A stretch of DNA of 64,000 nt from an uncultured Gemmatimonadales bacterium (GCA_963842945.1 CAWJIM010000021.1:192001-256000), one strand, 5' to 3'. Positions 12,930 to 22,956 are shown, counted from the first letter of the stretch. Made by a program: numbers and translations. The notes: generated by a model from the sequence alone, not told the origin.

Positions 12930-14594
12930 ATGATCCAACGAACATCCCGAAGCATTCTTCTCGCGATGGGGCTCGTACTCGTGTCCTGTCGAGCTGAACC
13001 CCCGAAGGCGGCCGATACTTCCGGCCGCAACTCCGAGTCTCCTATTGAGACCAAGCTGGCCCAATACACCAGCGTCTCGCTGACCACCGATCTGACCAAG
13101 CTCAGCCCCCACGAGCGGCAAATGCTGCCGCTGCTGATTGCTGCCGCAAGGTCGATGGATGAGATCTTCTGGCGACAGGCCTATGGCGACCGGGAGGCCC
13201 TCCTCAGGAGCATCACCGATCCGGCGGTTCGGCGCTACGCGGAGATCAACTACGGACCGTGGGACCGGCTGGACAACAATGCGCCGTTCATCGATGGAGT
13301 GGGACCCAAGCCGCCCGGGGCCGGCTTCTTTCCCCGTGACATGACCAAGGAAGAGTTCCAGTCGGCCGCTCAGTCGAAAGCCGGAAAGCAGCTCCGCAGC
13401 CAGTACACCATGGTTCACCGGGATTCGGCCGGTCGGCTGGTGCCGACGGCCTATCATCAGGTCTTTGCCAGTCAGGTGGCAGCAGCAGCGGCCAATCTCA
13501 GAAAGGCCGCGGTGCTGGCGGATGATCCCGGACTGCGGAAATACCTGGAGCTGCGGGCCCGTGCGCTGGAGACCGATGACTACCAGGCCAGTGATCTGGC
13601 ATGGCTGGACATGAAGAACAACACCATTGATCTGGTGATCGGTCCCATCGAGAACTACGAAGACCAGCTCTTCGGCTATAAGACTGCCAACGAGGCCTTC
13701 GTCCTGGTAAAGGACAAGGAATGGAGCGCTCGGCTCGCTCATTACGCGGCCATGCTCCCGGGACTGCAGCAGGAACTGCCGGTCCCGGCCGCCTACAAGC
13801 GGGAACGGCCGGGCACTGATTCCGATCTCAACGCCTACGATGCTGTCTACTATGCCGGAGACGCCAACGCCGGATCCAAGACGATCGCCATCAACCTGCC
13901 GAACGACGAGGAGGTGCAGCTTCGGAAGGGGACCCGGCGACTACAGCTCAAGAATGCCATGCAGGCCAAGTTCGAGAAGATCCTGCTGCCGGTGGCCGAC
14001 GAGCTGATCGCCCAGGACCAGCGGAGTCACCTCAACTTCGATGCCTTCTTTTCCAACGTCATGTTCCACGAGGTGGCGCACGGGCTGGGGATCAAGAACA
14101 CCATCAACGGGAAGGGAACCGTGCGCGAGGCGCTGAAGGAGCAGCATGGCGCCCTGGAAGAAGGCAAGGCTGATATCCTGGGCCTCTACATGATCACCAA
14201 GCTCCATCAGCGGGGGGAGCTGAAGGCTCCGCTGGAAGACAATTACGTCACCTTTCTGGCCAGCATCTTCCGCTCGATCCGCTTCGGCGCTTCCAACGCC
14301 CACGGGAGAGCCAACGCCACTCAATTCTCCTTCTTCGAAGAACGGGGCGCATTCAGCCGCGACTCCACTACTGGACGCTATCGAGTGGACTTTCCGAGGA
14401 TGAAGGAAGCGGTGGATGCCCTGGCCGGCCAGATACTGCGCTTCCAGGGCGACGGAGACTACGTGGGCGTCACCCGCTTCATGGAGCAACGTGGCAAGCT
14501 TTCACCGGTGCTCCAGCAGGATCTCGACCGGCTGGGAAGTAAGGGAATTCCGGTGGATGTCGTGTTCGACCAGGGCGAGCAGATCCTGAAATGA
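12930..14594 (+). CDS. Zn-dependent dipeptidyl-peptidase III-like (M49) lipoprotein
   Basis: Lipobox-like LVSC; IGPIENYED, IAINLPND, FHEVAHGLG and LEEGKADILG motifs. Confidence 0.85.
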   Translation: MIQRTSRSILLAMGLVLVSCRAEPPKAADTSGRNSESPIETKLAQYTSVSLTTDLTKLSPHERQMLPLLIAAARSMDEIFWRQAYGDREALLRSITDPAVRRYAEINYGPWDRLDNNAPFIDGVGPKPPGAGFFPRDMTKEEFQSAAQSKAGKQLRSQYTMVHRDSAGRLVPTAYHQVFASQVAAAAANLRKAAVLADDPGLRKYLELRARALETDDYQASDLAWLDMKNNTIDLVIGPIENYEDQLFGYKTANEAFVLVKDKEWSARLAHYAAMLPGLQQELPVPAAYKRERPGTDSDLNAYDAVYYAGDANAGSKTIAINLPNDEEVQLRKGTRRLQLKNAMQAKFEKILLPVADELIAQDQRSHLNFDAFFSNVMFHEVAHGLGIKNTINGKGTVREALKEQHGALEEGKADILGLYMITKLHQRGELKAPLEDNYVTFLASIFRSIRFGASNAHGRANATQFSFFEERGAFSRDSTTGRYRVDFPRMKEAVDALAGQILRFQGDGDYVGVTRFMEQRGKLSPVLQQDLDRLGSKGIPVDVVFDQGEQILK

Positions 14595-14612
14595 TCCGCC
14601 TCGAGATCCGTC

Positions 14613-15404
14613 GTGGCTAAGCCTGAGGTTCACGTCAGGAGTGTTCGGAGACGCCGAACCGAGCCTCCGACGCCTCCCCTGCCCCAGCCGCCGAACATTC
14701 GGAACTGGCTGATTTATGCGGGCATGGTAACGCTGGTTGCCGCCCTGATGCTGGACGGGTTCCTCCGGGACCACCCCCAACATCCCCTTCCCAAGCTGTC
14801 GTACGCGACCGAGGTGCGCTCGGCTCTGGCCGAGGTGGGCGACTCGCTTCAGGTCGTGGTCTCCTGGGACCTCACTTTGTCCGATCCGGAAGGACGGCCC
14901 GATTCCGTTCTGATCAAGGTCACTCACGGCCAGGAAAACCGGTCGGTGCTCGCGACCCAGACCGCAAGCCAGTTGTCGGATACCGTCTACCTGCCCTCGC
15001 CCGGGAGAGGCGAGACCCTGGCCGGGCTCTCCTGTGTCGTGACCGCACACCTGGGGTACCCGGTGGATGAGAGCTGTACGCCATGGCAATACGTTCGTCC
15101 CAGCGCCGCGGCGGCCGGGACGGTGAGTCAGATTGTGATCAAGCCGAACGGCCTTCAGGTAGATCCGGACGTGGGAGGGAAGTGCGCGCAGTGGCAGCGC
15201 GCTCACCCGGACCGCCCGGTCTGGATAGAAGTGAACGTCACCGCGGTTCCGGAGTGCACCGGTCCCAACCACAAGCCGGCCGTGGCGCAGTTCTGCGCCT
15301 TTGCCGTGCTCCCCGGCGGAAGGCGGGTCAAAACCGCAGCCTCGAGCAACAACCGCTACTGCGATGGGCTTTTTGTCGAATGGAGTCGGGAGCTGTATTC
15401 CTGA
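14613..15404 (+). CDS. Hypothetical membrane-anchored Cys-rich protein
   Basis: Basic/Pro-rich N-terminus, one TM segment, then a beta-rich domain with 6 Cys. Confidence 0.65.
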   Translation: MAKPEVHVRSVRRRRTEPPTPPLPQPPNIRNWLIYAGMVTLVAALMLDGFLRDHPQHPLPKLSYATEVRSALAEVGDSLQVVVSWDLTLSDPEGRPDSVLIKVTHGQENRSVLATQTASQLSDTVYLPSPGRGETLAGLSCVVTAHLGYPVDESCTPWQYVRPSAAAAGTVSQIVIKPNGLQVDPDVGGKCAQWQRAHPDRPVWIEVNVTAVPECTGPNHKPAVAQFCAFAVLPGGRRVKTAASSNNRYCDGLFVEWSRELYS

Positions 15405-16249
15405 GCCTGTTCGCTGCGCTTGAGGTCGGTGACATCCCGCTGAGTTCCCCAGGCCCCCGCCAGCTGTCCCCGCTCGAAGATCCCCACCAGGTTGTTCACG
15501 AAATACTTGGACTTGCCGTACCGGTCGATCTCATGGGACTGGGCATCCTCCAGCCGATACCCGCTTCGGATGAAGCTCCGGAGGTAGGCGACGTTCTCAG
15601 GGTTTGACGGGGGACAAAACACGACCAGGCGGGTTCCGACCACGTCGGCGGCAGTCCGGAAGCCGTACATCCGGGCGAACGCGTCGTTACACTCCGCCAG
15701 GACCGAGTACAGATACAGATGCTCGACCTGCTCGTCCTCCGGCAGTGTGATGTCCAGGGGCTGCTCGTGACGAAACCGCCAGGTAGCTTCGGTGGTGACC
15801 TCGCGCAGAGGAGCCGAATCCGCTTCTCCGTCCGCCGTGTCTTCCGCGCCATGCCTCGGTGGCTGATCGGGCCGTTCCCTGGACGCGGGGCGCGTCGCCT
15901 GCGGGTCTGAGGGGGTCCGGTGGACGGGGTCGGTTCTCCGGAACCTGGAGCACAGCAGGACCAGAAGGACTCCGGCAACCGCGAGCACCGGATCGCGGGC
16001 TACCAGGGTCGCGAGTCCGAGTGCCAGAATACCCGGCCCGGTCCCGCCATAGAGTGCGCTCACCGCTACGGCTACGAGCAGAGCCGGGCGACCATCGTAT
16101 GCCCCTGCCGCCAGCTTCCTCACACCCAGTAACAGCAGAACGCCCAAAGCCACCGACACCGCCGCAAGACCATACCGCAGGAGTGGGGTAGACAGGGTCG
16201 GAGGGGGGCGGAAGCGAGGTGAGGTAGACACCAGGAGACGGTTCCTCAT
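15356..16249 (-). CDS. Membrane sensor (DUF4118-like TM + PAS) with no output domain
   Basis: LRYGLAAVSV...SALYGGTGPGILA TM region; PAS-like ECNDAFARMYG...WGTQRDVTDLK. Confidence 0.7.
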   Translation of the reverse strand: MRNRLLVSTSPRFRPPPTLSTPLLRYGLAAVSVALGVLLLLGVRKLAAGAYDGRPALLVAVAVSALYGGTGPGILALGLATLVARDPVLAVAGVLLVLLCSRFRRTDPVHRTPSDPQATRPASRERPDQPPRHGAEDTADGEADSAPLREVTTEATWRFRHEQPLDITLPEDEQVEHLYLYSVLAECNDAFARMYGFRTAADVVGTRLVVFCPPSNPENVAYLRSFIRSGYRLEDAQSHEIDRYGKSKYFVNNLVGIFERGQLAGAWGTQRDVTDLKRSEQAQEYSSRLHSTKSPSQ

Positions 16250-16328
16250 CGGTGGTATCTGAAGCTAGAGCCGCTATCGAGGGGGCACAACCAAGACGAT
16301 GCGTCACCCGCGGTCACCAGTCGCACAA

Positions 16329-16360
16329 AAGCCGGAGGGACACGATGGTCCCCCCGGCTT
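16329..16360 (-). terminator. Rho-independent terminator of the stress-protein gene
   Basis: AAGCCGGAGGGAC / GTCCCCCCGGCTT stem, followed by a T-run on the minus strand. Confidence 0.7.
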
Positions 16361-16382
16361 CAGGTACTCTCAGCGTGCTGTA

Positions 16383-17069
16383 TTAGACCCGCGAGAGACG
16401 CCGCTCCGGCCCGCTGTAACTGGAATCATGCCGGTATCTCCGCTCGTTGCCCCGCCAGGCCTCGGTTTCGCCCTGACCGTTTGCGTCACCGGTACGCTCT
16501 ACTCTGGCCTCTTCCCGGCGGACCGTATCGGATACCCGCTCGGTGCCCAGGGAGCCGAGGTCCCCGCCGCTCTCGTAGAGACAGGTCCGGGCCTCTTCAG
16601 GGCGGTTTCCGGGTGAAACCGTGACCAGGGTGCCACCCGCCCGGAACCCCTGATCGAAGTGCTTGGCATCCTCCTCGGGCACGCCCATCCCCACCAGGGC
16701 ACCCAGGAGGCCCCCAGCGGCCGCGCCGATCCCGGCGCCCGCAAGGGTCGAGGCCAGCGTTCCGCCCGCGAGGATGGGGCCGACACCGGGAATGACCAGG
16801 GCGCCGACTCCCGCGAGCAGCCCAATCACCCCTCCCAGCACACCACCACCGATGGCGCCGGTGGCTGCGCCCTCCGCTGCCTGCGTACCGGTCCCCTGGA
16901 TGAGATCCTCCTGCTTGCTGCGGTCCTTGATGGCTACGCCGATCTGACTCTCGGAGAAGCCCCTCTCCTTGAGGCGCTGAATCGCCCGCTCGGCGTCCGC
17001 CTGATTGTGAAAGAGACCCACCACCGTACCGCTGGTTCGGGTGGTCTCGTTGTTTCGATTGCTCATCAT
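16383..17069 (-). CDS. General stress protein (YflT-like, glycine zipper)
   Basis: VVGLFHNQADAERAIQRLKERGF, a long Gly/Ala-rich segment and LVGMGVPEEDA; AAGGAG RBS. Confidence 0.8.
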   Translation of the reverse strand: MMSNRNNETTRTSGTVVGLFHNQADAERAIQRLKERGFSESQIGVAIKDRSKQEDLIQGTGTQAAEGAATGAIGGGVLGGVIGLLAGVGALVIPGVGPILAGGTLASTLAGAGIGAAAGGLLGALVGMGVPEEDAKHFDQGFRAGGTLVTVSPGNRPEEARTCLYESGGDLGSLGTERVSDTVRREEARVERTGDANGQGETEAWRGNERRYRHDSSYSGPERRLSRV

Positions 17070-17212
17070 GAATCTCCTTGTTCTTCCATGTCGAAAACTC
17101 GCGTGCGATCACTGCCAGCCGACAACGTAGACCTCGTAAGAGGATGATGGAGTGATCAGTCTCACCGAAAATGCAGCGGGAGCAGAAGGTGGATGGGTTA
17201 TACTATAGGCAC

Positions 17213-17294
17213 GCGAACGTGGCGGAATCGGCAGACGCGCAGGACTTAGGATCCTGTCCCGAAAGGGGTGCGGGTTCAACTCCCGCCGTTCGCA
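17213..17294 (+). tRNA. tRNA-Leu (anticodon TAG)
   Basis: GCGAACG/CGTTCGC acceptor stem, D-loop GGCAGA, anticodon arm CAGGA-CTTAGGA-TCCTG, long variable arm and T-loop GGTTCAACTC. CCA is not encoded; a TATACT -10 lies just upstream. Confidence 0.96.
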
Positions 17295-17428
17295 TTCGAG
17301 ATGTTCGGCCCCGCTTCCCTCCCTTCCCCGCTTCCCGCTTCCCCGCCTCCACCCCCCGGCACGTCCATTGCTCTGTCCGCTCTTCCGGTCGTACTAGCCT
17401 CTGAAATCACGCTTTACGGAGTCGGGCC

Positions 17429-18178
17429 ATGTCAGACAGACGGGTTAACGGGCATCTTGCGTCAACCGGCATCCTGGTCCTGATCTTGGGGCTGCCGTTG
17501 TTCGGCTGCGCGGGCAAGTCGGCTGAAGCCGCCCCGGCACCGGCGGCAGCATCCCGCCGGGCCACTACGGTGCAGCCGGCGGTCAGGACGGAGCAGGACC
17601 GGCGCATGTCCCGTCTGGAGCTCGCCCTGCTGGAGAAAACGGCGCAAGTCGAAGACCTGCAGGGCCAGCTGGACGAGGCCCGGGAAGAGGTAGTTCGCGC
17701 CATGGCCAAACTGCAGACCCTGGCCAGCAGAGCGGAGGCGGCATCGGGCATGGCAGAGGCCGAGGTTGCGCTCCAACCCCTCAAAGTCCGGTCGGCCCAG
17801 CAGACGGTGCCCGAGGCCACCCAGGCGACTCGGCTCCTGCGGGAGGCGTCCACCGAGTTCAACCAGGAGAATTACGGCGGGGCCTTATACCTGGCGACCC
17901 AGGCCAAGGCCCTGGCGGCCGCTGGTACCGGGCGGCTGTCAGGTCGGGATCGTACGGCTGACCGGCCCGGTGAGAAGCCATTCGCCGTCCCCGTCCCGCT
18001 CAAGGCTGTCGGCTCGGGAAATGTGCGTGAGGCACCGGGCACCACTGCCCCAGTGGCATTTGCGGTGGCGGGTGGGGACAGTCTGACCGGTTATTCCTAC
18101 CTGGAGGACTGGGTTCGGATCAGCGATGGCATGGGGCGGGGCGGCTGGATCTTCCGGAAGCTGATTGTCCGCCGCTAG
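17429..18178 (+). CDS. Hypothetical lipoprotein with coiled coil and C-terminal SH3b-like domain
   Basis: LFGC lipobox, heptad helix, and NVREAPGTTAPV...WVRISDGMGRGGWI. Confidence 0.7.
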   Translation: MSDRRVNGHLASTGILVLILGLPLFGCAGKSAEAAPAPAAASRRATTVQPAVRTEQDRRMSRLELALLEKTAQVEDLQGQLDEAREEVVRAMAKLQTLASRAEAASGMAEAEVALQPLKVRSAQQTVPEATQATRLLREASTEFNQENYGGALYLATQAKALAAAGTGRLSGRDRTADRPGEKPFAVPVPLKAVGSGNVREAPGTTAPVAFAVAGGDSLTGYSYLEDWVRISDGMGRGGWIFRKLIVRR

Positions 18179-19828
18179 CTAGGCCTTTCCCTTCGACTTG
18201 GCCGGCTTCGTGCCGGCCCGCACCACCCGGTTCCGCCCGGCGCGCTTGGCGGTATAGAGAGCCTCGTCCGCATTCGCAATCACTTCCTCCGCCGTCTCCC
18301 CATCGTTCGGGAACTCGGCTATTCCGATGCTCAGGGTGATCTTGCGCCCGGCAAACTGGTGGGACTCGACCCGGGCTCTGATCCGCTCCGCCACTTCATT
18401 TGCCACCTCCCCGCTGGTGCCGGTTAGCAGCACCGCGAACTCTTCCCCGCCGTATCGGGCCGTGCAATCCTCGTCCCGGGTGGAGTTCAGCAGAATGGTC
18501 GCCACCTTCTTGAGGACCTCGTCTCCGGCCGGGTGACCGAACGCATCGTTGTACTTCTTGAACTCGTCGACATCCGCCATGAGGACGCTGAACGCCCCCT
18601 TATGGCGATAGGACCGGAGCAACTCCTGGGAGAGGCGCTGGGTGAGATAACGGCGATTGTACAGGCCGGTGAGCGAATCCGAGGTTGAGAGCCGTTCCAG
18701 ATCCTCGTTCTGCTTGCGCAGCCGATCGTTCATCGCGTCCAGCTCCTGGCGACCCTGCCGGAGCCGGGCGACCATGTGGTTGAACACATCGGTCAACTCC
18801 CCGACTTCGCCGGTGGCGGCAGGCAGGTCCACCGCCAAGTCGCCCTCGGCCACCTCGACCGCGCCCTGAATCAGCCGCTCGAGCGGCCGCACGATCCGGA
18901 TTCCGAGGCGGTATGCTGTGAAGCCGACGGTGAGCAGCAGTCCGCATACCATGAGCAGGGTCCCATTGCGGAATCGCCGGATCTGCTGAAAGGCGGCCTC
19001 GGCTGGAATCTCGGAGACGACGGCCCACTTGGCCCTCGGAATTCGCTTGAGGCTTCCCACCACTTCCGCGCCCGACAGGCCCTCGTAGCCGATCACCAGT
19101 CCCTCGCGCGACTTGAGCCGGTCAAGCGTGCGCGGCTTGAGACGTGACTTCATGAATTCGGCGGAGCTCTCGGCGGTCCCCACCAGCATGTCGCCGGCGA
19201 TGGTGATCAGGAAGGCCTGGCCCCCGCGCGGGGCAAAGACCCGCAATCCTTTTTGCGCCCCGCGGAGGCTGAGCCGCGCCGCGAGCGCCCCGAGCATATG
19301 GCCCTCTCCACGCTTGACCGGCACCGCCACCACCAGCACCCCCCTGGTCAGCGACGCGTCCCAGCTCGCCTGGCCCACTAGCGCGTCATTGGTACTCAGC
19401 TCCTTGGCCCAGTCGGGCGGAAGGGCGATCGCCTTGCCCTGGGGACCGGTAGCGGCAACCGGCCGACCCTGGGGATCGAACACCACGAGATCTTCGTACT
19501 CGTTGAATCGGTCACGTACCGAGGTGAGATAGTCGTTGAGGCGTTCCTGCGAGTTTCCTGGCCGCTGCCGGGACAGCTTTTCCGACACCTCGTAGGAGCT
19601 GGCGAACACCCGGAGGTCGTACAGGCGCTCCTTCAGCCATACATCCATCTCGCGGGCTGCCTGGCCGCTGGAGCTGAGCAGCTCCTGTTTGATCTTTGCT
19701 TCCAGGGCGCGGCTGTTCTGACTATAGGAAATCCATGCGGTGAGCCCGGACGGCAGCAGGGCAACGATCAGCGCAAACACCAGAATCTTGCTTCGGACCG
19801 TGTCCAGTTTCAGCCGCAGCTTAGGCAA
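18179..19828 (-). CDS. Diguanylate cyclase (dCache-HAMP-GGDEF)
   Basis: Two TM segments flanking a periplasmic domain, HAMP, DSLTGLYNRR, RxxD I-site (RDED) and RYGGEEF. Confidence 0.93.
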   Translation of the reverse strand: MPKLRLKLDTVRSKILVFALIVALLPSGLTAWISYSQNSRALEAKIKQELLSSSGQAAREMDVWLKERLYDLRVFASSYEVSEKLSRQRPGNSQERLNDYLTSVRDRFNEYEDLVVFDPQGRPVAATGPQGKAIALPPDWAKELSTNDALVGQASWDASLTRGVLVVAVPVKRGEGHMLGALAARLSLRGAQKGLRVFAPRGGQAFLITIAGDMLVGTAESSAEFMKSRLKPRTLDRLKSREGLVIGYEGLSGAEVVGSLKRIPRAKWAVVSEIPAEAAFQQIRRFRNGTLLMVCGLLLTVGFTAYRLGIRIVRPLERLIQGAVEVAEGDLAVDLPAATGEVGELTDVFNHMVARLRQGRQELDAMNDRLRKQNEDLERLSTSDSLTGLYNRRYLTQRLSQELLRSYRHKGAFSVLMADVDEFKKYNDAFGHPAGDEVLKKVATILLNSTRDEDCTARYGGEEFAVLLTGTSGEVANEVAERIRARVESHQFAGRKITLSIGIAEFPNDGETAEEVIANADEALYTAKRAGRNRVVRAGTKPAKSKGKA

Positions 19829-19877
19829 GACAGCTCCTCGGTCAGGTTAGGTAGCGCCGATAGGGTGAGGCCACTGA

Positions 19878-19894
19878 AGCAGGTACCAGGCCAA
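19878..19894 (-). promoter_or_regulatory. Putative sigma54 promoter of the diguanylate cyclase
   Basis: Minus strand TTGGCCTG-GTAC-CTGCT (GG-N10-GC), about 50 bp upstream of the start. Confidence 0.45.
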
Positions 19895-20073
19895 TCCTTA
19901 TGGCTATGGTGCGCAACGACATAGGTGGATGAAGCGGGGCGGAAAAAGCGGTGCGCTGCCGACGGTCTGGCAGATTCCCTGAGCCGGCCTAGTCTCGCGC
20001 CGGCAGCTTTCGGACGGTGCCGGTCAGGGCGGCAATGCGAAGCTTGTAGATGGTGGGAATGTCGGTCGGTAAG

Positions 20074-20103
20074 TTGACACTCAGCCGCGGGCGGTCTTAG
20101 CTT
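20074..20103 (+). promoter_or_regulatory. sigma70-type promoter of the leader/regulator transcript
   Basis: TTGACA (20074-20079)-N18-TAGCTT (20098-20103). Confidence 0.65.
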
Positions 20104-20133
20104 GCCAGCGAACGATCATCAGCCGGAGCAACA

Positions 20134-20226
20134 ATGTATCACGGTCTGCGGCACCTCCTCGAGCTCAATCCCCGGCGGCACAACCGCTGGCTTCGCTGCG
20201 CACCGCGCAGAGACCAGGGAGCGTAG
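20134..20226 (+). CDS. Putative attenuation leader peptide (30 aa)
   Basis: MYHGLRHLLELNPRRHNRWLRCAPRRDQGA; GGAG RBS; lies between the promoter and a terminator. Confidence 0.6.
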   Translation: MYHGLRHLLELNPRRHNRWLRCAPRRDQGA

Positions 20227-20291
20227 GCCTTAGCTAGAAGCTCGGACAGTACGTCCTGCACCCAGGCCCGCTCAAGATGAGCGGGTTTTTT
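20219..20291 (+). terminator. Attenuator: terminator with overlapping antiterminator
   Basis: Terminator GGCCCGCTCA-AGA-TGAGCGGGTT plus T-run (20265-20291). GAGCGtaGGCCT (20219-20230) can alternatively pair with AGGCCCGCTC (20264-20273). Confidence 0.7.
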
Positions 20292-20314
20292 GTTGAGCTT
20301 TTACTGGAGTCGCA

Positions 20315-21922
20315 ATGACCAACCCGGCTACCGGGGATGTCCCGCGGATCGTGGTTCATCCCCCCGCCTTGCTGCCGTCCGAAACGAAGCCCCGCCCCAG
20401 CGAGGCTGAGACGGACCCAGCTCCGCTGCTCCGGACTGAGACCGGTGAGGCCAGGAAGCTGGGGACTCTGGTCGACGTCAGCCAGACCCTTGCCGGACAT
20501 CTGAGTCTCCCGGCGGGGCTTTCAGGCGTCCTCCTGATTCTGGTCCGCCGCTGTTCGGTGCTTCGTGGAGCCGTGGCTCTCTTGAGCGAGCAAACCGGGG
20601 TCTTGGAGATCAGGGCCCAGGTAGGGCTGCACCACGATCGGGAAGGCGGTCACTACGGTGCCGCCCAGGGAATCCTCGCGGAGGCAGCCACCACGGGTGA
20701 GACTATCGTCATCGCCCGCCAGGTCGATGGAAACAGCGAACACACCGCGCTGGCAGTTCCAATTGTCTTGCACCGGCGCTGCATCGGCTCGTTGATGGTC
20801 GAAGTGCGATTTCGTCCCGAACGCGACGTGGATCGGCTGCTGAAATTTCTGCGGGTGGTGGCCTCCATGATTTCGCAGGCGGTCCGGATTCACCGGCTGC
20901 TCGAGGTGGAGCGGCAAAAGCTGGTCGCCGAGAACGCTCAGCTGCGCCAGGAGCTGCAGCAACGGAATCCCCTTTTCAATCTCGTGGGGGCGAGCGGCCC
21001 GATGCGTGAGCTCTACGAATCGGTGGCCAGGGTCGCCGGAAGTAACACCACGGTGTTGATCCGGGGCGAATCGGGTACGGGCAAGGAGCTGGTCGCTCAA
21101 GCCATCCACTTGCACTCGCCCCGAGCCAAGAAACCCTTCATCAAGGTGAACTGCGCGGCGTTGCCGGAGACTCTGGTCGAATCCGAGCTGTTCGGCTACG
21201 AACGAGGGGCGTTTACCGGAGCGCTGCAGCGGAAGAAGGGGCGCTTCGAGCTGGCCGACGGCGGAACGTTGTTCCTGGATGAGATCGGCGAGCTGAGTCC
21301 GGCCACCCAGGTAAAGCTGCTGCGGGTCCTGCAGGAGCGAGAGTTCGAGCGGGTAGGAGGAACGGAGTCGGTTCCGGTGGACGTGCGGGTGATTGCGGCC
21401 ACCAACCGGGACCTGGAGAAAGCACTGGCCGACGCCAGCTTCCGGGAAGATCTGTACTACCGGCTGAACGTCTTCCCCATCTTCATCCCGCCGCTTCGCT
21501 CCCGAAAAGCGGACGTGCTTCCCCTGGCAGATCACTTCATCGAGAAGTACGCCCGGGAGCACGGGAAGAACATCCGGCGGATCTCCACGCCGGCTATCGA
21601 CCTGCTCTCCAGCTATCACTGGCCCGGCAACGTGCGCGAGCTGGAGAACACCATCGAGCGAGCCGTCCTGCTGGCGGACGGAGAGGTCATTCATGGCTAT
21701 CACTTACCGCCGACGCTGCAGACCGCGGACGCCACCGGCACGGTAGTGAGCACTTCGCTGGATGGTGCGGTCGAGGCCTTCGAGCGCAGTCTGATCGAGG
21801 ACGCCCTCAAGACCGCCCGGGGTAATCGGTCCCGGGCCGCGAGGCTCCTGGGCACCACTCAACGGGTGATCAGCTACAAGGTCAGGAAATACGGGATAGA
21901 TCCGGCTCGACTGAAGTCGTGA
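20315..21922 (+). CDS. sigma54-dependent transcriptional activator (GAF-AAA+-Fis HTH, NifA-like architecture)
   Basis: [29 protein letters not shown] and [10 protein letters not shown] motifs; C-terminal HTH; N-terminal GAF-like region. Confidence 0.95.
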   Translation: MTNPATGDVPRIVVHPPALLPSETKPRPSEAETDPAPLLRTETGEARKLGTLVDVSQTLAGHLSLPAGLSGVLLILVRRCSVLRGAVALLSEQTGVLEIRAQVGLHHDREGGHYGAAQGILAEAATTGETIVIARQVDGNSEHTALAVPIVLHRRCIGSLMVEVRFRPERDVDRLLKFLRVVASMISQAVRIHRLLEVERQKLVAENAQLRQELQQRNPLFNLVGASGPMRELYESVARVAGSNTTVLIRGESGTGKELVAQAIHLHSPRAKKPFIKVNCAALPETLVESELFGYERGAFTGALQRKKGRFELADGGTLFLDEIGELSPATQVKLLRVLQEREFERVGGTESVPVDVRVIAATNRDLEKALADASFREDLYYRLNVFPIFIPPLRSRKADVLPLADHFIEKYAREHGKNIRRISTPAIDLLSSYHWPGNVRELENTIERAVLLADGEVIHGYHLPPTLQTADATGTVVSTSLDGAVEAFERSLIEDALKTARGNRSRAARLLGTTQRVISYKVRKYGIDPARLKS

Positions 21923-22149
21923 CCGCCCTTCGCTTCAGGAGCCGCCTCAGTGCGGGAGGAGTAGGCGGCGACCGCGGCAACGAGCAGATTGGCCACGATG
22001 ACCGGCAGCGCGTGGAGCATGATGCCGTACACCACCCAGAGGAGCGCGGCTGCGGCCTGGGTCAGGCGGAGAGCTTGCTGGGTCTTGCGGGAGTAGGAGG
22101 CCAGGAACACGGCCGTCGCGAGCCATCCCAGCGCGTCGGCGGCTCTCAT
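21874..22149 (-). CDS. Small membrane protein (YgjV/PQ-loop-like)
   Basis: Three hydrophobic segments ([25 protein letters not shown]); ATGA coupling to the HAD gene. Confidence 0.7.
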   Translation of the reverse strand: MRAADALGWLATAVFLASYSRKTQQALRLTQAAAALLWVVYGIMLHALPVIVANLLVAAVAAYSSRTEAAPEAKGGHDFSRAGSIPYFLTL

Positions 22150-22956
22150 GCGACCGCCGGGTGCTTATCGGGATGGGCTCCCCGGATGATCAGGGAGTCA
22201 GTCCGCGCCTTGTCCCACTCCTGCAGCACAAAGCCGTGGGAGCCAAAGAAGGCGCGGATGGCGCCGGCGTCGAGTTTGACGATCTCTTCCAGCACCGGCA
22301 CCATCACGCTGAGCACGTCGTCGCTGAGCACGGTTCTCCGGGCGATCGGGGTAAGGAACTTGTTCTCGGACACCGCGACCGTCAGTCCGTCCATCCGGTT
22401 CACGTGCAGCATGACATGCACGTCCGACCCGCCGTCTCCAACGTAGACGATGCGATCGCCGCTCAGTCCCAGCTCGGCCCGAAGCTGGTCCAGCACGGCC
22501 ACCTTCCCGTACCCGGCCGGTGCCCTGATGATGGACTGGATCTCGCCCGTTTCCGGGATCGTAGCGGAAACGGGTGCCGTGGATCCGCTCGGGCGGAACC
22601 ATTCCGGCCAGCGCAGCACGGATCACTTCCTCCGGCGCGGCCGAGATGACGCAGAAGGTGAAGCGGAACCCCTGCAGTGAGTCCAGCACCCGGCCGAGCA
22701 CCGCGATATGCTGCTTCAGGCGGATGCGACGGCCCACCTCTTCCAGGTCCTCCTTTCGAACCCGCCGGTATTCCGGATCGTGGAGCAAAAGATAGGAGAG
22801 CTCGGCGCCCTGATTCACCAGATGCATGGACGAGAGCCCCGAGCACTTTTCCTCGAACCCGCCGATGCCGAGCATCTCGCTCAGGAGGAAGCCGGAATCG
22901 TTGAAGCTGAGCGTCTGATCGAAGTCACTGGCCAGCAGATAGTGCTTTGGGTTCAT
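22146..22956 (-). CDS. HAD-IB family phosphatase (phosphoserine-phosphatase-like fold), frameshift near 22555
   Basis: [11 protein letters not shown] (motif I), VISAAP (II), GYGK (III) and YVGDGGSD (IV) across ORFs 22198..23130 and 22146..22619. Confidence 0.85.

Noticed and set aside
20315..21922. Calling the regulator nifA
   Set aside because: The architecture is NifA-like, but there are no nif genes and the candidate sites are not TGT-N10-ACA.
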